DNA from: Alistipes sp. | Lineage (GTDB): Bacteria > Bacteroidota > Bacteroidia > Bacteroidales > Rikenellaceae | Assembly (NCBI GenBank): GCA_017937125.1 | Contig: JAGBEH010000005.1 | Coordinates: forward strand, 34,837 to 98,836 | Length of the DNA: 64,000 nucleotides | Direction: 5' to 3' | Shown here: positions 44,531 to 54,683 of the stretch, in pieces | Layout: each line of letters opens with the position of its first letter | Position numbering within the stretch: position 1 is the stretch's first letter | Notes under the pieces: model-generated | What the model was told of the DNA's origin: nothing | What the model saw: the letters and a program-made list of their open reading frames with translations, nothing else | Database searches by the model: none | Program-made: the position numbers and the translations under genes

Positions 44531-46258
44531 TTATTTGTACAGAGCTTCGAGATTTACGTCGTTCTTGGCTTTGGCAGCGAGCGACGCGTCTTTCGCGATA
44601 GCGCTGTTCAACTGGGCTTTCGCATTGTTGATATTGCCCTCTTTCGCTGCGATGACGGCACGGAGGTAGTCCGCCTTTGCCGAGTTGTCGTTTACGAGGC
44701 TCTTCTTTGCAGCAGCCAGGTCGCCGTTCATATACTGTGCGATAGCCGCGTTGTAGCCGCTGAGCTTCTGCGAAGCTGCGGCATAGTTGCCTTCCGCTGC
44801 GGCAACGAGTGCCTGCGTCTGTGCATCGGCAGCCTTGGCGTAAACCTTTGCCTTATCTACATTGCCGTTCGCGAGGTAAGCCAGTGCGAGGTTGTTGTTC
44901 AGCTCTGCCGAGTTGCCGCCTGCCTTAACCGCGTTCTCGAATGCAGCCAGAGCCTTGGCGTTCTGTCCTGCCTGTGCATATGCGAGGCCGAGGTTGTTGT
45001 AAGCGCGTGCATCGTTGTATTTCGCCGAAGCGTACTCCAATGCCGCGATAGCGCATTCGGGTTTGGCCTCTGCGATGTGGAGCAGCTCTTCGAGGTCGAG
45101 TTCGCCGAACTTGCCTGCCTTGACCAGAGCCAGCATCTCATCGTCGGTCTTGCCCTTGATGTCTGCGCTGTTCACAACCTGCGCGCGACGGAGCTTGGGC
45201 AGGATTTCGCTTTTCAGCTCGCCGTAAACGGCCGACATATTCTTGATCTCTTTCTCGCGCTGTGCCGACGAATCGTACATCTTGAGAACCTGGAGGATCA
45301 TATCCTTATCCTCGATGTTCGAAGCTGCCACAGCCTCTTTGAAACCTTCCCAGTCCTCGCCGTAAGCAGCGGCGTCGATCTGGATGCCTGCGTCCTTGAG
45401 AAGCTTCTCCACGGCTTTCTTACCCGATTCGCTGCGGGCGCCCGAGAGCTTGTCGTTGAATTTCTCGGGACCGTCGGGCGATGCGTAGCCGTTTACGTAA
45501 ACGGTCTGCGATGCGCGGTCGTTGGCCTTGTTCTCGGCAACCTTATCCTCGAGGTTCGACAGCTGTTCGGTCTTGATGGCCTTCTTGGCAACTTTCGAGC
45601 TGTTGATCTGGTAGAGGATGTCGGCTTTGGTGACTACGGTCGTTACGTTCTTGTAGTCGTTTGCGGCAACCTGCATATTTTCCGCATAGTCCAGGTCTTT
45701 CTGAATCGTGTTCACGCCTTTGGCGATCGTACGGCCGAATTTCTTCGCCAGAGCGGCAGCCTCGGCACCGCCTTTTGCCAGAACAGCAGCCTCCTCCTTG
45801 GTGGGCAGGGCTCCGTTGTTAGCGTCTATGAGCGTGAAGGTCTTGCAGGGACCGCTGGGGCATTTAACCTCGACGCGAAGCTGAAGCTCGGACTTCTGCA
45901 TACGCTCGTCGTAGGGGAACTCCACGTGATGGGTGTAAGAACCGCCGTTCTCGCCTACCATAGTGTAGTTATCCTTTACCTTCGAGCCTTGCAGACACTT
46001 GGTCGGGGCTGCCACCTCGCCGCCTTCGAATACGATAACGGGGGTAACCTTGAGTTCTGCCTTCTTATCGAAATACTTGGCGGGGAATACGACATTGATG
46101 TCGGCTGCTACCGTTCCGTTGTTGAGAACGAGAACCTCGGGAGTGCAGGTGAGTTTTACATCATCCTGGTTTTTGGCCATTTTCTTAAAACAATTACAGC
46201 TTGTCAGCGCGAACGACGCGGCCGCAAGTACCATTGTCAGTTTCAACAGGCTTTTCAT
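44531..46258 (-). CDS. Lipoprotein with OmpA-like domain and C-terminal TPR repeats
   Basis: Lipobox LTSC, GYASPDGPEKFNDKLSGARS (OmpA-like) and RAYNNLGLAY TPR helices; TATATTTG upstream. Confidence 0.85.
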   Translation of the reverse strand: MKSLLKLTMVLAAASFALTSCNCFKKMAKNQDDVKLTCTPEVLVLNNGTVAADINVVFPAKYFDKKAELKVTPVIVFEGGEVAAPTKCLQGSKVKDNYTMVGENGGSYTHHVEFPYDERMQKSELQLRVEVKCPSGPCKTFTLIDANNGALPTKEEAAVLAKGGAEAAALAKKFGRTIAKGVNTIQKDLDYAENMQVAANDYKNVTTVVTKADILYQINSSKVAKKAIKTEQLSNLEDKVAENKANDRASQTVYVNGYASPDGPEKFNDKLSGARSESGKKAVEKLLKDAGIQIDAAAYGEDWEGFKEAVAASNIEDKDMILQVLKMYDSSAQREKEIKNMSAVYGELKSEILPKLRRAQVVNSADIKGKTDDEMLALVKAGKFGELDLEELLHIAEAKPECAIAALEYASAKYNDARAYNNLGLAYAQAGQNAKALAAFENAVKAGGNSAELNNNLALAYLANGNVDKAKVYAKAADAQTQALVAAAEGNYAAASQKLSGYNAAIAQYMNGDLAAAKKSLVNDNSAKADYLRAVIAAKEGNINNAKAQLNSAIAKDASLAAKAKNDVNLEALYK

Positions 46259-46481
46259 AATCTTTGATTTTTAGTGAATTTGTTGATAATCTTTATGTTT
46301 GTCTTTTTAATATCTCGTTTGCACAATCGGCGGATGTATCGTCCATATACAATCCTCACGCAAATATAACTAAAACTCTTTAACAAAAGTGCATTCCCGT
46401 TAAATTTTTTGCAATTCGCCGTATTTTGCCTTGCGTAAGGCCCGCATCTGCTGCTGTCGGGGATTCCCCAGTACGTTCTCC

Positions 46482-46628
46482 GCCGTCCCTTTTCTTCTGT
46501 TCGTTCTCCGCCGTCTGCCGTTCTTCGTCCGCCTTCCGTCCTTTGTCTGCCGTTTTCTGTTCGTCTGTTGCCTTACGCTCTCTGTCTGCTTCCGCTATCC
46601 GTCCGTCTGTCACCCTCTGTTCTCCGCC
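46482..46628. repeat. Degenerate ~7-bp periodic, purine-skewed tandem repeat
   Basis: The minus strand reads ACAGACG GACGGAT AGCGGAA ... AACAGAA AACGGCA GACAAAG GACGGAA GGCGGAC GAAGAAC GGCAGAC GGCGGAG. Confidence 0.55.
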
Positions 46629-46715
46629 CGACGGCGAAGAGCCGGTAACGGCTGTCGTACGGCGGGGATGCGCCGTGCCGTTCGGGAACGGTATTGCCGC
46701 AGCTGCGGAAAACGA

Positions 46716-46746
46716 GACAAGGAACACCCGAGGATGTCCCTTGTCC
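46716..46746 (-). terminator. Terminator after pnp
   Basis: GACAAGG...CCTTGTC stem followed on the minus strand by TCGTTTT. Confidence 0.6.
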
Positions 46747-46798
46747 GTCTGTGTGCGTACGGCGCCGCATCGGTTCGCGGCACGTGCGCATCTGCGTA

Positions 46799-49048
46799 TT
46801 ATTCGTGCTTCTTGTCCGAATGCGGTTTGCGGTCGCCGCGATTGCGACGGTCGCCGTGCCCGCCCTCGCGGGGTTCGCGGGGTTTGCGCTCGCGTTCCAC
46901 CCAACCTTCGGGCTGCGGTAGCAGCACGCGGCGCGACAGCTTGTACTTGTTGGTCTTCGGATCCACGCCGATGAGCTTCACCTCGATGATGTCGCCCTCC
47001 TTGAGACCCGTCTCGTCCATCGTCTCGAAACGCTTGTAGTCGATTTCCGAGATGTGGAGCAGAGCCTCCTTGCCGGGAAGTATCTCGACGAACGCGCCGA
47101 ACGACACTATCGACGTTATCTTGCCCGTGTACACCTCGCCGACTTCGGGAACGGCAACGATACCCTTGATACGCTCCAAAGCACCGTCGAGAGCCTCCTT
47201 GTCCTGTCCGAAGATGTCTACGATACCCTTCTGGTCCACCTCGGTGATGGTGATGGTAGTGCCCGTGGTCTTCTGGATGTCCTGAATTACCTTTCCGCCC
47301 GGGCCGATTACGGCGCCGATCATATCCTGCGGGATGGTTATCTGAACGATGCGCGGCACGAAAGGCTTGTAATCCTCGCGCGGCTCGGCGATGCATTCGG
47401 TCAGCTTGCCCAAGATGTGCATACGTCCCGCACGCGCCTGTTCGAGAGCTTTTGCCAGCACCTCGTACGACAGACCGTCTACCTTGATATCCATCTGCGT
47501 TGCGGTGATACCGTCTTTGGTACCCGTAACCTTGAAGTCCATATCTCCCAAGTGGTCCTCGTCGCCGAGAATATCCGAGAGGACAGCCCATTTGCCCGTC
47601 TGCGAGTCGGTGATAAGACCCATAGCGATACCCGAAACGGGCTTCTTCATCTTCACACCCGCATCCATCAGCGCAAGCGTACCCGCGCAGACGGTAGCCA
47701 TAGACGACGAACCGTTCGATTCAAGGATGTCCGAAACGATGCGCACGGCATAGGGATTATCCTCGCCCAGCGGTATCATCGGCTTGAGGGCGCGCCAAGC
47801 GAGGTGGCCGTGGCCGATTTCGCGGCGGCTCAAGCCGCGCGCCGCCTTGGCCTCGCCCGTCGAGAACGGCGGAAAGTTGTAGTGCAGGACGAACTGCTCG
47901 CTGCCCTGAACCAGAACCTCGTCCTTCATCTTCTCGTCGAGTTTGGTGCCGAGCGTTACAGTAGCCAGCGCCTGGGTTTCACCGCGGGTGAAGAGTGCCG
48001 AACCGTGTGCGGCAGGCAGATAACCCACCTCGCAGCAGATAGGACGTATCTCGTCGGTGCGACGGCCGTCCAAACGCTTGCCCTCGTCGAGGATCATATT
48101 GCGCATAGCCTTTTTCTGAACGTCGTCGTGGAAATATTTGTGGATGAGCGGAGCTTTCTCCACGAGCTCCTCCTCGCTGTAACGCGAAGCGAACTCGGCT
48201 TCGAGTGCGTTGAACATATCCTCGCGCTCGTGCTTCATCGTACCGCTCGTAGCGATTGCGTATGCCTTGTCGTACAGCTCGGCGATAATCGTCTGACGCA
48301 GCTCCTCGTCGTTGGTCTCGTGGCAGTAGGTGCGTTTCACATCCTTGCCCAGCTCCTTCGAGAGCTCGATCTGAACGGCGCAGTGCTTCTTTATCTCCTC
48401 GTGGGCGAACTTTATGGCGCCGAGCATAACCTCCTCCGACACCTCTTTCATCTCGCCCTCGACCATAAGGATATTGTCGATAGTACCGCCGACCATAATG
48501 TCGAGGTCTACGTCGTTCATCTGCGAGAACGTGGGGTTGATGACATACTGGCCGCCGATGCGTGCTACGCGCACTTCCGATATGGGGCCGCCGAACGGAA
48601 TGTCCGACACGGCGAGAGCCGCCGAAGCCGCCAGACCCGCAAGTGCGTCGGGCTGGATGTCCTTGTCGGCCGAGATGAGCGTTACCGTTACGTAAACTTC
48701 AGCGTGGTAGTCCGCGGGGAACAGCGGGCGCAGTGCGCGGTCGATAAGACGCGCAACGAGAATCTCGCTGTCGTTGGCTTTGCCTTCGCGTTTCATAAAA
48801 CCGCCGGGGTAGCGACCCGCAGCGGCGTATTTCTCCTTGTATTCTACCTGAAGGGGCATAAAGTCGGTGCCCTCCTTGGCGTCTTTGGCCGCAACTACCG
48901 TTGCGAGCAGCATCGTGTCGCCCTGCTTCACGACGACCGAACCGTCGGCCTGTTTCGCCAGTTTTCCCGTTTCGATCGTAATCTCGCGGCCGTCGGCCAG
49001 AGCGATCGTCTTTTGTACCGGATGGTACAACTTGTTTTCTTCCATCAT
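46799..49048 (-). CDS. pnp: Polyribonucleotide nucleotidyltransferase (PNPase)
   Basis: [46 protein letters not shown], plus KH and S1 domains. Confidence 0.98.
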   Translation of the reverse strand: MMEENKLYHPVQKTIALADGREITIETGKLAKQADGSVVVKQGDTMLLATVVAAKDAKEGTDFMPLQVEYKEKYAAAGRYPGGFMKREGKANDSEILVARLIDRALRPLFPADYHAEVYVTVTLISADKDIQPDALAGLAASAALAVSDIPFGGPISEVRVARIGGQYVINPTFSQMNDVDLDIMVGGTIDNILMVEGEMKEVSEEVMLGAIKFAHEEIKKHCAVQIELSKELGKDVKRTYCHETNDEELRQTIIAELYDKAYAIATSGTMKHEREDMFNALEAEFASRYSEEELVEKAPLIHKYFHDDVQKKAMRNMILDEGKRLDGRRTDEIRPICCEVGYLPAAHGSALFTRGETQALATVTLGTKLDEKMKDEVLVQGSEQFVLHYNFPPFSTGEAKAARGLSRREIGHGHLAWRALKPMIPLGEDNPYAVRIVSDILESNGSSSMATVCAGTLALMDAGVKMKKPVSGIAMGLITDSQTGKWAVLSDILGDEDHLGDMDFKVTGTKDGITATQMDIKVDGLSYEVLAKALEQARAGRMHILGKLTECIAEPREDYKPFVPRIVQITIPQDMIGAVIGPGGKVIQDIQKTTGTTITITEVDQKGIVDIFGQDKEALDGALERIKGIVAVPEVGEVYTGKITSIVSFGAFVEILPGKEALLHISEIDYKRFETMDETGLKEGDIIEVKLIGVDPKTNKYKLSRRVLLPQPEGWVERERKPREPREGGHGDRRNRGDRKPHSDKKHE

Positions 49049-49082
49049 ATTTTCATCCGAATAAATTGTTCCGAAAAAACGT

Positions 49083-49118
49083 AAATGAAGGCAATTCCTG
49101 TCAGGATTGCCTTCATTT
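49083..49118 (-). terminator. Stem-loop between rpsO and pnp (terminator or RNase III site)
   Basis: AAATGAAGGCAAT-TCCTGTCAGG-ATTGCCTTCATTT, followed on the minus strand by ACGTTTTTT. Confidence 0.75.
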
Positions 49119-49128
49119 CCCGCCTCTT

Positions 49129-49401
49129 TTACTTGCGGAGGTTCAAGGTCTTGATGATGGCGCGGTAGCGCTCGATGTCGATCTCCTTGAGGTACTCCAG
49201 CAACTGGCGACGCTTACCGACCAGACGCAGCAATGCCCGCTGCGTGCCGAAATCGTGACGGTTGCTCTTGAGGTGTTCCGTAAGGTGGCTGATACGGTAG
49301 GAGAACAACGCGATCTGGCTCTCGGGAGAACCCGTGTCGGTGTTGGACTTTCCGTACTGACCGAAAAGCTCTTGCTTTTTTTCTGCTGTTAAATAAGCCA
49401 T
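49129..49401 (-). CDS. rpsO: 30S ribosomal protein S15
   Basis: [19 protein letters not shown] and [10 protein letters not shown]; start moved to MAYLT. Confidence 0.98.
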   Translation of the reverse strand: MAYLTAEKKQELFGQYGKSNTDTGSPESQIALFSYRISHLTEHLKSNRHDFGTQRALLRLVGKRRQLLEYLKEIDIERYRAIIKTLNLRK

Positions 49402-49425
49402 TTTATAAATAAAAATTATAAAGTT

Positions 49426-49480
49426 CCACTCCACGACGTATTCCCCTTACCGAATGACGCCGGAGCGTGCCGCAAAGATA
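49426..49480 (-). promoter_or_regulatory. rpsO -7 element (TATCTTTG, 49480-49473) and leader hairpin
   Basis: The leader folds as CAC/TCC/GGCGT/ATTC ... GAAT/ACGTC/GGA/GTG. Confidence 0.5.
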
Positions 49481-49661
49481 GCAACATATCGTTAATAAAC
49501 AAAGCGATAATCGTTTTATTTTTCATTCTTCGTGCAGGTCGTGCGGACGGACGGGCCGTGCGGTGTCCGAAGTGCCGAAAAAAACGCTATATTTGCGGCG
49601 GGCGAGTCCGACTCCGCCGACGGTGCGGCGCGGTTGCGGGATTCGCGAATCTTTCGAGCCT

Positions 49662-50648
49662 ATGAAAAGATATTTTATCGCAATATTGTTGGCGGGCATC
49701 GCTGCGACGGCCTGCATGTCGCGGAAGCAGTATACGGTCGCGGACGGGGTGATGCTCGGGACGACGTTCCACGTTTGTGCCGAGCTGGCCGATATGCCGT
49801 CGCAACGGCTCTATGCCGAGATAATGCGCATCGACGCGGAGATGAAGGCGTCGATGTCCATTTTCGACGAGAGGTCGCTGCTCAGCCGCATAAACCGCGG
49901 CGAGACCGACAGCCTCGACGAATATCTGATCGACAATCTGTCCCTTGCGCGCAGGATAGGCGGATTTTCGGGCGGCAGCTACGACATTACGGTCAAGCCG
50001 CTGACCGATGCGTGGGGGTTTGCCGCGAAAAACGCGGCGGAGAATCCCGATGTCGATTCGCTCCTCCAATTCGTCGGATGCGACAAGTGGCGCATCGAGG
50101 GCGGGCGCGTCGTCAAAACCGACCCGCGCGTGCAGTTCGACCTCAATTCCATAGCCAAAGGCTACACGGTAGACAAGGTAGCCGAGATGCTCGAGCGCGC
50201 AGGCGCCGAGAACTATCTCGTGGAGGTCGGCGGCGAGGTGCGCTGCCGCGGCGTGAACGGTGCGGGCAACGTATGGACGGTCGGCATCGACAATCCGTAC
50301 GAAGGCAATATGTCGCCCGGAGCGGACCTTTGCGGTGCCGTGCAGCTCCGCGACAGGGCTTTGGCCACGTCGGGTAACTACCGCCGTTTCCGTATCGACG
50401 GGAACGGGCGCAAGATAGTCCACACGATAAACCCGCGTACGGGATACGGCTCGGTCTCGAGACTGTTGTCGGCGACGGTCGTGGCTGCAACCTGCGCCGA
50501 GGCCGACGCGCTGGCTACGATGTTTATGACGGCGGGAGCCGACAGTGCCATCGAAACGGCCGAGAGTATGCGCGACAGTGTCGGGGTCTTTTTTATTCTC
50601 GACGACGGCAACGGCGGGTATGAAATTTTCAAAACAATCGATCGATAG
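49662..50648 (+). CDS. apbE: FAD:protein FMN transferase ApbE (lipoprotein)
   Basis: Lipobox ATAC, MLGT, DITVKPL..WGF, DLNSIAKGY, VEVGGE, ATSGNY and HTINPRTG; TATATTTG at 49588-49595. Confidence 0.95.
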   Translation: MKRYFIAILLAGIAATACMSRKQYTVADGVMLGTTFHVCAELADMPSQRLYAEIMRIDAEMKASMSIFDERSLLSRINRGETDSLDEYLIDNLSLARRIGGFSGGSYDITVKPLTDAWGFAAKNAAENPDVDSLLQFVGCDKWRIEGGRVVKTDPRVQFDLNSIAKGYTVDKVAEMLERAGAENYLVEVGGEVRCRGVNGAGNVWTVGIDNPYEGNMSPGADLCGAVQLRDRALATSGNYRRFRIDGNGRKIVHTINPRTGYGSVSRLLSATVVAATCAEADALATMFMTAGADSAIETAESMRDSVGVFFILDDGNGGYEIFKTIDR

Positions 50649-50654
50649 CTTATT

Positions 50655-51524
50655 ATGAGAATATTGTTGCTCTATAACGTCGCGGCCGGACGGGGAACGG
50701 TCGAAGACCGTCTGGACGAGGTGGCGGACGTTTTCCGCAGGCGCGGGCACGAGGTCGTTCCGCGCGGCATCGTTTTCGGCGAGAATCCGTTCGACGGCTG
50801 CGAAACGGTCGATATGGCCGTCGTGGCGGGCGGTGACGGCACGTTGAACTACACGGTCAATAGGATGAAAGAAAAGGGGCTGGACATAGTTCTGGGCGTG
50901 ATACCTGCGGGTACGGCCAATGATTTCGCAGGCGCCGTGGGAATGAGCGGATCTTTGGTCGAAGCTGCCGAACAGATAGCCGACGGGCGCGAGCGGCGGC
51001 TCGACTGCGGTTGGGTGAACGGGCTCTATTTCGTCAATGTTTTCAGCTTCGGACTGTTTACCACCACCTCGCAACATACATCCGACGACATAAAACACAG
51101 GTTCGGCAAACTGGCCTACATCTTCGAGGGCCTCAAGGAGCTGAGGTCTAAACACGGATTGGCGCTGCATTTCTCGACGGATGAGGGCGAGTTCGATTCG
51201 AATGCCCTGATGACGCTTATTTTCAACGGGGAGACTGCGGGCGGGTTCCGCATAGCTCGCGATGCGAGCGTCTGCGACGGGATGTTCGACGGCCTGATTC
51301 TGGAGAACCGCAATTTCTTTTCGCTCTGCCGCGACATAATTATCTTTCAGCGGGGCGGTAATCCGAAATCCGTGCGCAAGTTCCGCTCGCGGAATATACG
51401 CATCACGTCGAGCGCGGCGAATATCCCGACCGACGTGGACGGGCAGAAAGGCGCCGAGTTCCCGCTCGACATACGCTGCGTGGCCGGCGGCCTGAGAGTG
51501 GTGTGCCCCGAACAGAGGGGGTGA
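50655..51524 (+). CDS. YegS/BmrU (diacylglycerol kinase family) lipid kinase
   Basis: YNVAAG, GGDGT, IPAGTANDFA and DVDGQ. Confidence 0.92.
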   Translation: MRILLLYNVAAGRGTVEDRLDEVADVFRRRGHEVVPRGIVFGENPFDGCETVDMAVVAGGDGTLNYTVNRMKEKGLDIVLGVIPAGTANDFAGAVGMSGSLVEAAEQIADGRERRLDCGWVNGLYFVNVFSFGLFTTTSQHTSDDIKHRFGKLAYIFEGLKELRSKHGLALHFSTDEGEFDSNALMTLIFNGETAGGFRIARDASVCDGMFDGLILENRNFFSLCRDIIIFQRGGNPKSVRKFRSRNIRITSSAANIPTDVDGQKGAEFPLDIRCVAGGLRVVCPEQRG

Positions 51525-51705
51525 TGTCCCCGAAACATACCGTATGACGGGTCTCGTGCGACGATTCCGACATTGATTCCGTCGGTGCGGTGCGTCTGTC
51601 CTGCGGTGCGTCTGTCGCGCGGTTCGGCCGTTGTGCGCTCGGCATCCTGCGGACGCAGGGGTGCAGACAGTGTGCCATACGGCGGCCTGCCGACATATCG
51701 AATGC

Positions 51706-52599
51706 CTATTTTTCGAGCCGCTCGACGGCTTCGCGAAGCTTCTTGCCGTCGAGGTGGGTGTATATCTCCGTCGTGGTTATGCTTTCGTGTCCCAACATCT
51801 CCTGCACCTGACGTATGCTCGCTCCGCCCGCGAGCAGATGCGTTGCGAACGAGTGGCGGAACGTGTGGGGGCTGATGTGTTTTTTTATGCCCGCTCGCAT
51901 TGCGGCCTGTCTGATTACGGTGAATACCATTACTCGGGTCAGGTTCGTGCCCCTGTTGTTGAGAAATACGGCGTCTTCGCCCGAGCGGGAGCCGCCGCGC
52001 TCTTCGAGATATATCTGAATCTTGTCGCGGGCCGTGTTGCTTACGGGTACGAGCCGTTGCTTGTCGCCCTTTCCCGTCACCCTTATATATCCCTCGCCGA
52101 AAAACAGGTCGCACAGACGCAGCGACGTGAGTTCCGACACGCGCAGCCCGCAGGAGTACAGCAGTTCGAGCATCGCGCTGTCCCGCCGTCCCTTGACGGT
52201 CGTGCGGTCTATGGCGGCGAGTATGCGGTCGATGTCGTCGGTGGTGAGGGTGTCGGGCAGCTGGCGGCCGAATTTCGGAGCTTCGACCAACTCTGCGGGG
52301 GAGGATTCTATGGCGTCGCCGAGCAGCAGAAAATTGAAAAAGCTCTTCAGTCCGCTCAGGCTGCGCGCCTGCGAGCTTTTTTCGCGCCCCTTGTCGAACA
52401 GCCTGCACATAAACCGCTCGATCATATGCTGTTCTACCTTGTGCGGGGGGACGTCGTACTGGCGCAGGATGAAGTGTACGAACTCCTCCAGATCGCGCAT
52501 ATACGCCTCGACCGTATTGTCCGACAGGTGTTTCTCGAGTTTTATGTAGATGCGGTAGCGTCGTGCCGCGTCGTTCCATTTTTTCGCGTTGTCTGCCAT
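51706..52599 (-). CDS. xerD: Site-specific tyrosine recombinase XerD
   Basis: LYSCGLRVSEL, GKGDKQRLVP, HTFRHSFATHLL and LGHESITTTEIY. Confidence 0.9.
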   Translation of the reverse strand: MADNAKKWNDAARRYRIYIKLEKHLSDNTVEAYMRDLEEFVHFILRQYDVPPHKVEQHMIERFMCRLFDKGREKSSQARSLSGLKSFFNFLLLGDAIESSPAELVEAPKFGRQLPDTLTTDDIDRILAAIDRTTVKGRRDSAMLELLYSCGLRVSELTSLRLCDLFFGEGYIRVTGKGDKQRLVPVSNTARDKIQIYLEERGGSRSGEDAVFLNNRGTNLTRVMVFTVIRQAAMRAGIKKHISPHTFRHSFATHLLAGGASIRQVQEMLGHESITTTEIYTHLDGKKLREAVERLEK

Positions 52600-52698
52600 T
52601 GTCTTCTGCCGATGGGTGCTTTTTGTCGCTAAAGTTCGGGTATTTCTTTTTTTTAGGCTATATTTGCTATTGCAAAGGTAATGATTTTACATAATATT

Positions 52699-53532
52699 AT
52701 GAACTATATCGAACTCAATATACCCGTGGAGGGAGATGAACTGTCGGATATTTTGGTTGCCGAGTTGTCGGACTGTCCGTTTGAGAGCTTCGCGACCGAG
52801 AAAGGTACGCTGAAAGCCTATATCCCGCAGTCGGCACTGGCAGACTGCAAGGAGGAGGTCGATGCGCTTTTGGAACGCTACGGCGTTGCGGGACGTTATG
52901 TGCAGATAGAGAGCCGTAATTGGAATGAATTGTGGGAGAGTAATTTCGAGGAGGTGACGATAGACGGCAGGGCCGTTATCCGCGCCCCGTTCCACGCTCC
53001 GCACCCCGAGTTCGGCGACCTCGATATTGTCATAATGCCCAAGATGTCGTTCGGTACGGGTCACCACGCTACTACGCGGTTGATGGTCGAGGCGGTGCTC
53101 GATGCCGATGTCGCGGGTAAACGCGGGCTGGATATGGGCAGCGGTACGGGTGTGCTTGCCGTCGTTGCCGTGAAGCGCGGCGCTGCGGGCGTCGATGCCG
53201 TGGACATAGACGATACGGCCTGCGAAAGCTGCCGCGAGAATGCTGCGGCGAACGGTGCGGCCGACCGTATCGAGGTGATCGAGGGGGATGTACGCAGTGT
53301 CGCCGCACGGCGTTACGACTTCATTCTGGCGAATATCAATCGCAATATACTGTTGCGTGATATGCCTGCATATGCGTCGATGCTCGCTGCGGGCGGGCGT
53401 CTGGTTATGAGCGGGTTTTTAGAGGAGGACATTCCGTCGATAACCGAGCGCGCATCGTCGCTGGGGCTTGCAGGAGCAGGTATGCGCATATGCGACGGTT
53501 GGGTCGTCGCGGAGTTCGAACATCCGTTGTAA
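52699..53532 (+). CDS. prmA: Ribosomal protein L11 methyltransferase
   Basis: NWNELWE, PKMSFGTGHHATT, LDMGSGTGVLA and ILANINRN; TATATTTG at 52659-52666. Confidence 0.95.
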   Translation: MNYIELNIPVEGDELSDILVAELSDCPFESFATEKGTLKAYIPQSALADCKEEVDALLERYGVAGRYVQIESRNWNELWESNFEEVTIDGRAVIRAPFHAPHPEFGDLDIVIMPKMSFGTGHHATTRLMVEAVLDADVAGKRGLDMGSGTGVLAVVAVKRGAAGVDAVDIDDTACESCRENAAANGAADRIEVIEGDVRSVAARRYDFILANINRNILLRDMPAYASMLAAGGRLVMSGFLEEDIPSITERASSLGLAGAGMRICDGWVVAEFEHPL

Positions 53533-53539
53533 CCGTCCT

Positions 53540-54265
53540 ATGAAGAGTTACAAGGCGCGCGGCATAGTGCTCAATACGGTGAAGTACGGCGACTCGTCGA
53601 TGGTGGCGCAGCTGCTTACCGACGTCGGAGGACGTCGCAGCTATATGGTGCAGGGGATACGCTCCTCGCGCGGCCACGGGTCGAAGGCGGCGCTGTTGCA
53701 GCCTATGTTTGCGGTCGAGTTCGAGGGGCTGGAGTCGTCGCGGATGGATATGCACCGTTTCAGGGAGCTGCACGCGGGCATAGTGTTGCGCAGCCTGCCG
53801 TTCGATGTCCGCAAATCGACCGTGGCGCTCTTTATGGCAGAGGTTTTGTATCGGCTGGTGCGCGAAAGCGAACCCAATGAACTGCTGTTCGATTTCGTCT
53901 GGGGCTCGGTCGAGGCGCTCGATACGTTGCAGGAGGGGGTCGCCAATTTCCACCTGTGGTTTTTGGCCAATCTGAGCCGCTTTCTCGGTTTCAGCCCCGG
54001 AAACGCTTACGAGCGCGGTGCCGTGTTCGATATGCACGAGGGGTTGTTTACGACCGCACCTTCGGCACGTTCGGCCGCGATGAGTGCCGAGAACGCGGAG
54101 ATATTCCGCGATTTGCTCGAATGCGATGTGCGGTTTCTGGGCGAGATAGGTCTGAACCGCAACCGTCGGGTCGATTTTCTCGATACGATGATGACATACT
54201 ACGGTTATCACCTCGATGCCGTACATTCGGTGAGATCGATAAAAATTTTAAGGGAGGTATTCTGA
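53540..54265 (+). CDS. recO: DNA repair protein RecO
   Basis: GIVLNTVKYGDSS and RKSTVALFMAEVL; start moved to ATG 53540. Confidence 0.92.
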   Translation: MKSYKARGIVLNTVKYGDSSMVAQLLTDVGGRRSYMVQGIRSSRGHGSKAALLQPMFAVEFEGLESSRMDMHRFRELHAGIVLRSLPFDVRKSTVALFMAEVLYRLVRESEPNELLFDFVWGSVEALDTLQEGVANFHLWFLANLSRFLGFSPGNAYERGAVFDMHEGLFTTAPSARSAAMSAENAEIFRDLLECDVRFLGEIGLNRNRRVDFLDTMMTYYGYHLDAVHSVRSIKILREVF

Positions 54266-54642
54266 TGAAAAGGTTGTTGTTTACGGCGGCGGTGCTTTTT
54301 GCGGCGGCCGCAATCAGGGCACAGGAGATTCGCGACACGAGCGTGCACGGGAAGAGTTCCTACGAAAAGGTAATGTCCAAGGGCGAGGGGCTGAAGCCCG
54401 AAATCGAGACTTGGCGCTCGGAAGGGGAGTTCGTGAACGATATGCGTGTGAATCCGACGATCTCGATGACCTCGACGATGGAGGTGATTCGCAAGAACCT
54501 GCCCACGCGCGTTATCGTGCTGCCGAACAATTCCGTACGGGTGTGGCACGTGAACGTTTCGAACGGTTCTGCGGGCAACTGGGGCAGTTTCCCGAACAGC
54601 TATCTCGATGCGCGGACGCTGTCGTTCCCCGCACCGCGTTGA
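54265..54642 (+). CDS. Hypothetical secreted protein (125 aa)
   Basis: ATG overlaps the recO TGA; signal MKRLLFTAAVLFAAAAIRA; C-terminus NGSAGNWGSFPNSYLDARTLSFPAPR. Confidence 0.75.
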   Translation: MKRLLFTAAVLFAAAAIRAQEIRDTSVHGKSSYEKVMSKGEGLKPEIETWRSEGEFVNDMRVNPTISMTSTMEVIRKNLPTRVIVLPNNSVRVWHVNVSNGSAGNWGSFPNSYLDARTLSFPAPR

Positions 54643-54683
54643 GGCGGCTCGCAATTCGAAAAACCTGCTTATACAATAATGAT

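Noticed and set aside
46380-46700. Charged-repeat protein in the 3' part of track ORF 46380..47591
   Set aside because: There is no plausible start after the pnp terminator, and the upstream part is an alternative frame of pnp. The DNA repeat explains the pattern.
49083-49401. rpsO-pnp linkage with an intervening stem-loop as a novelty
   Set aside because: This is a well-known conserved arrangement in many bacteria.
51586-51614. Short direct repeat GCGGTGCGTCTGTC x2
   Set aside because: It is only two copies in a GC-rich convergent intergenic gap with no associated structure.
51706-52599. Tyrosine recombinase as the integrase of a mobile element
   Set aside because: It has XerD-like length and motifs, is flanked by housekeeping genes, and no att repeats, tRNA or cargo are visible.
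52659-52680. Overlapping divergent -7 boxes (TATATTTG for prmA, TACCTTTG for xerD) as an invertible promoter
   Set aside because: No flanking inverted repeats are present, so this is an ordinary back-to-back promoter pair.
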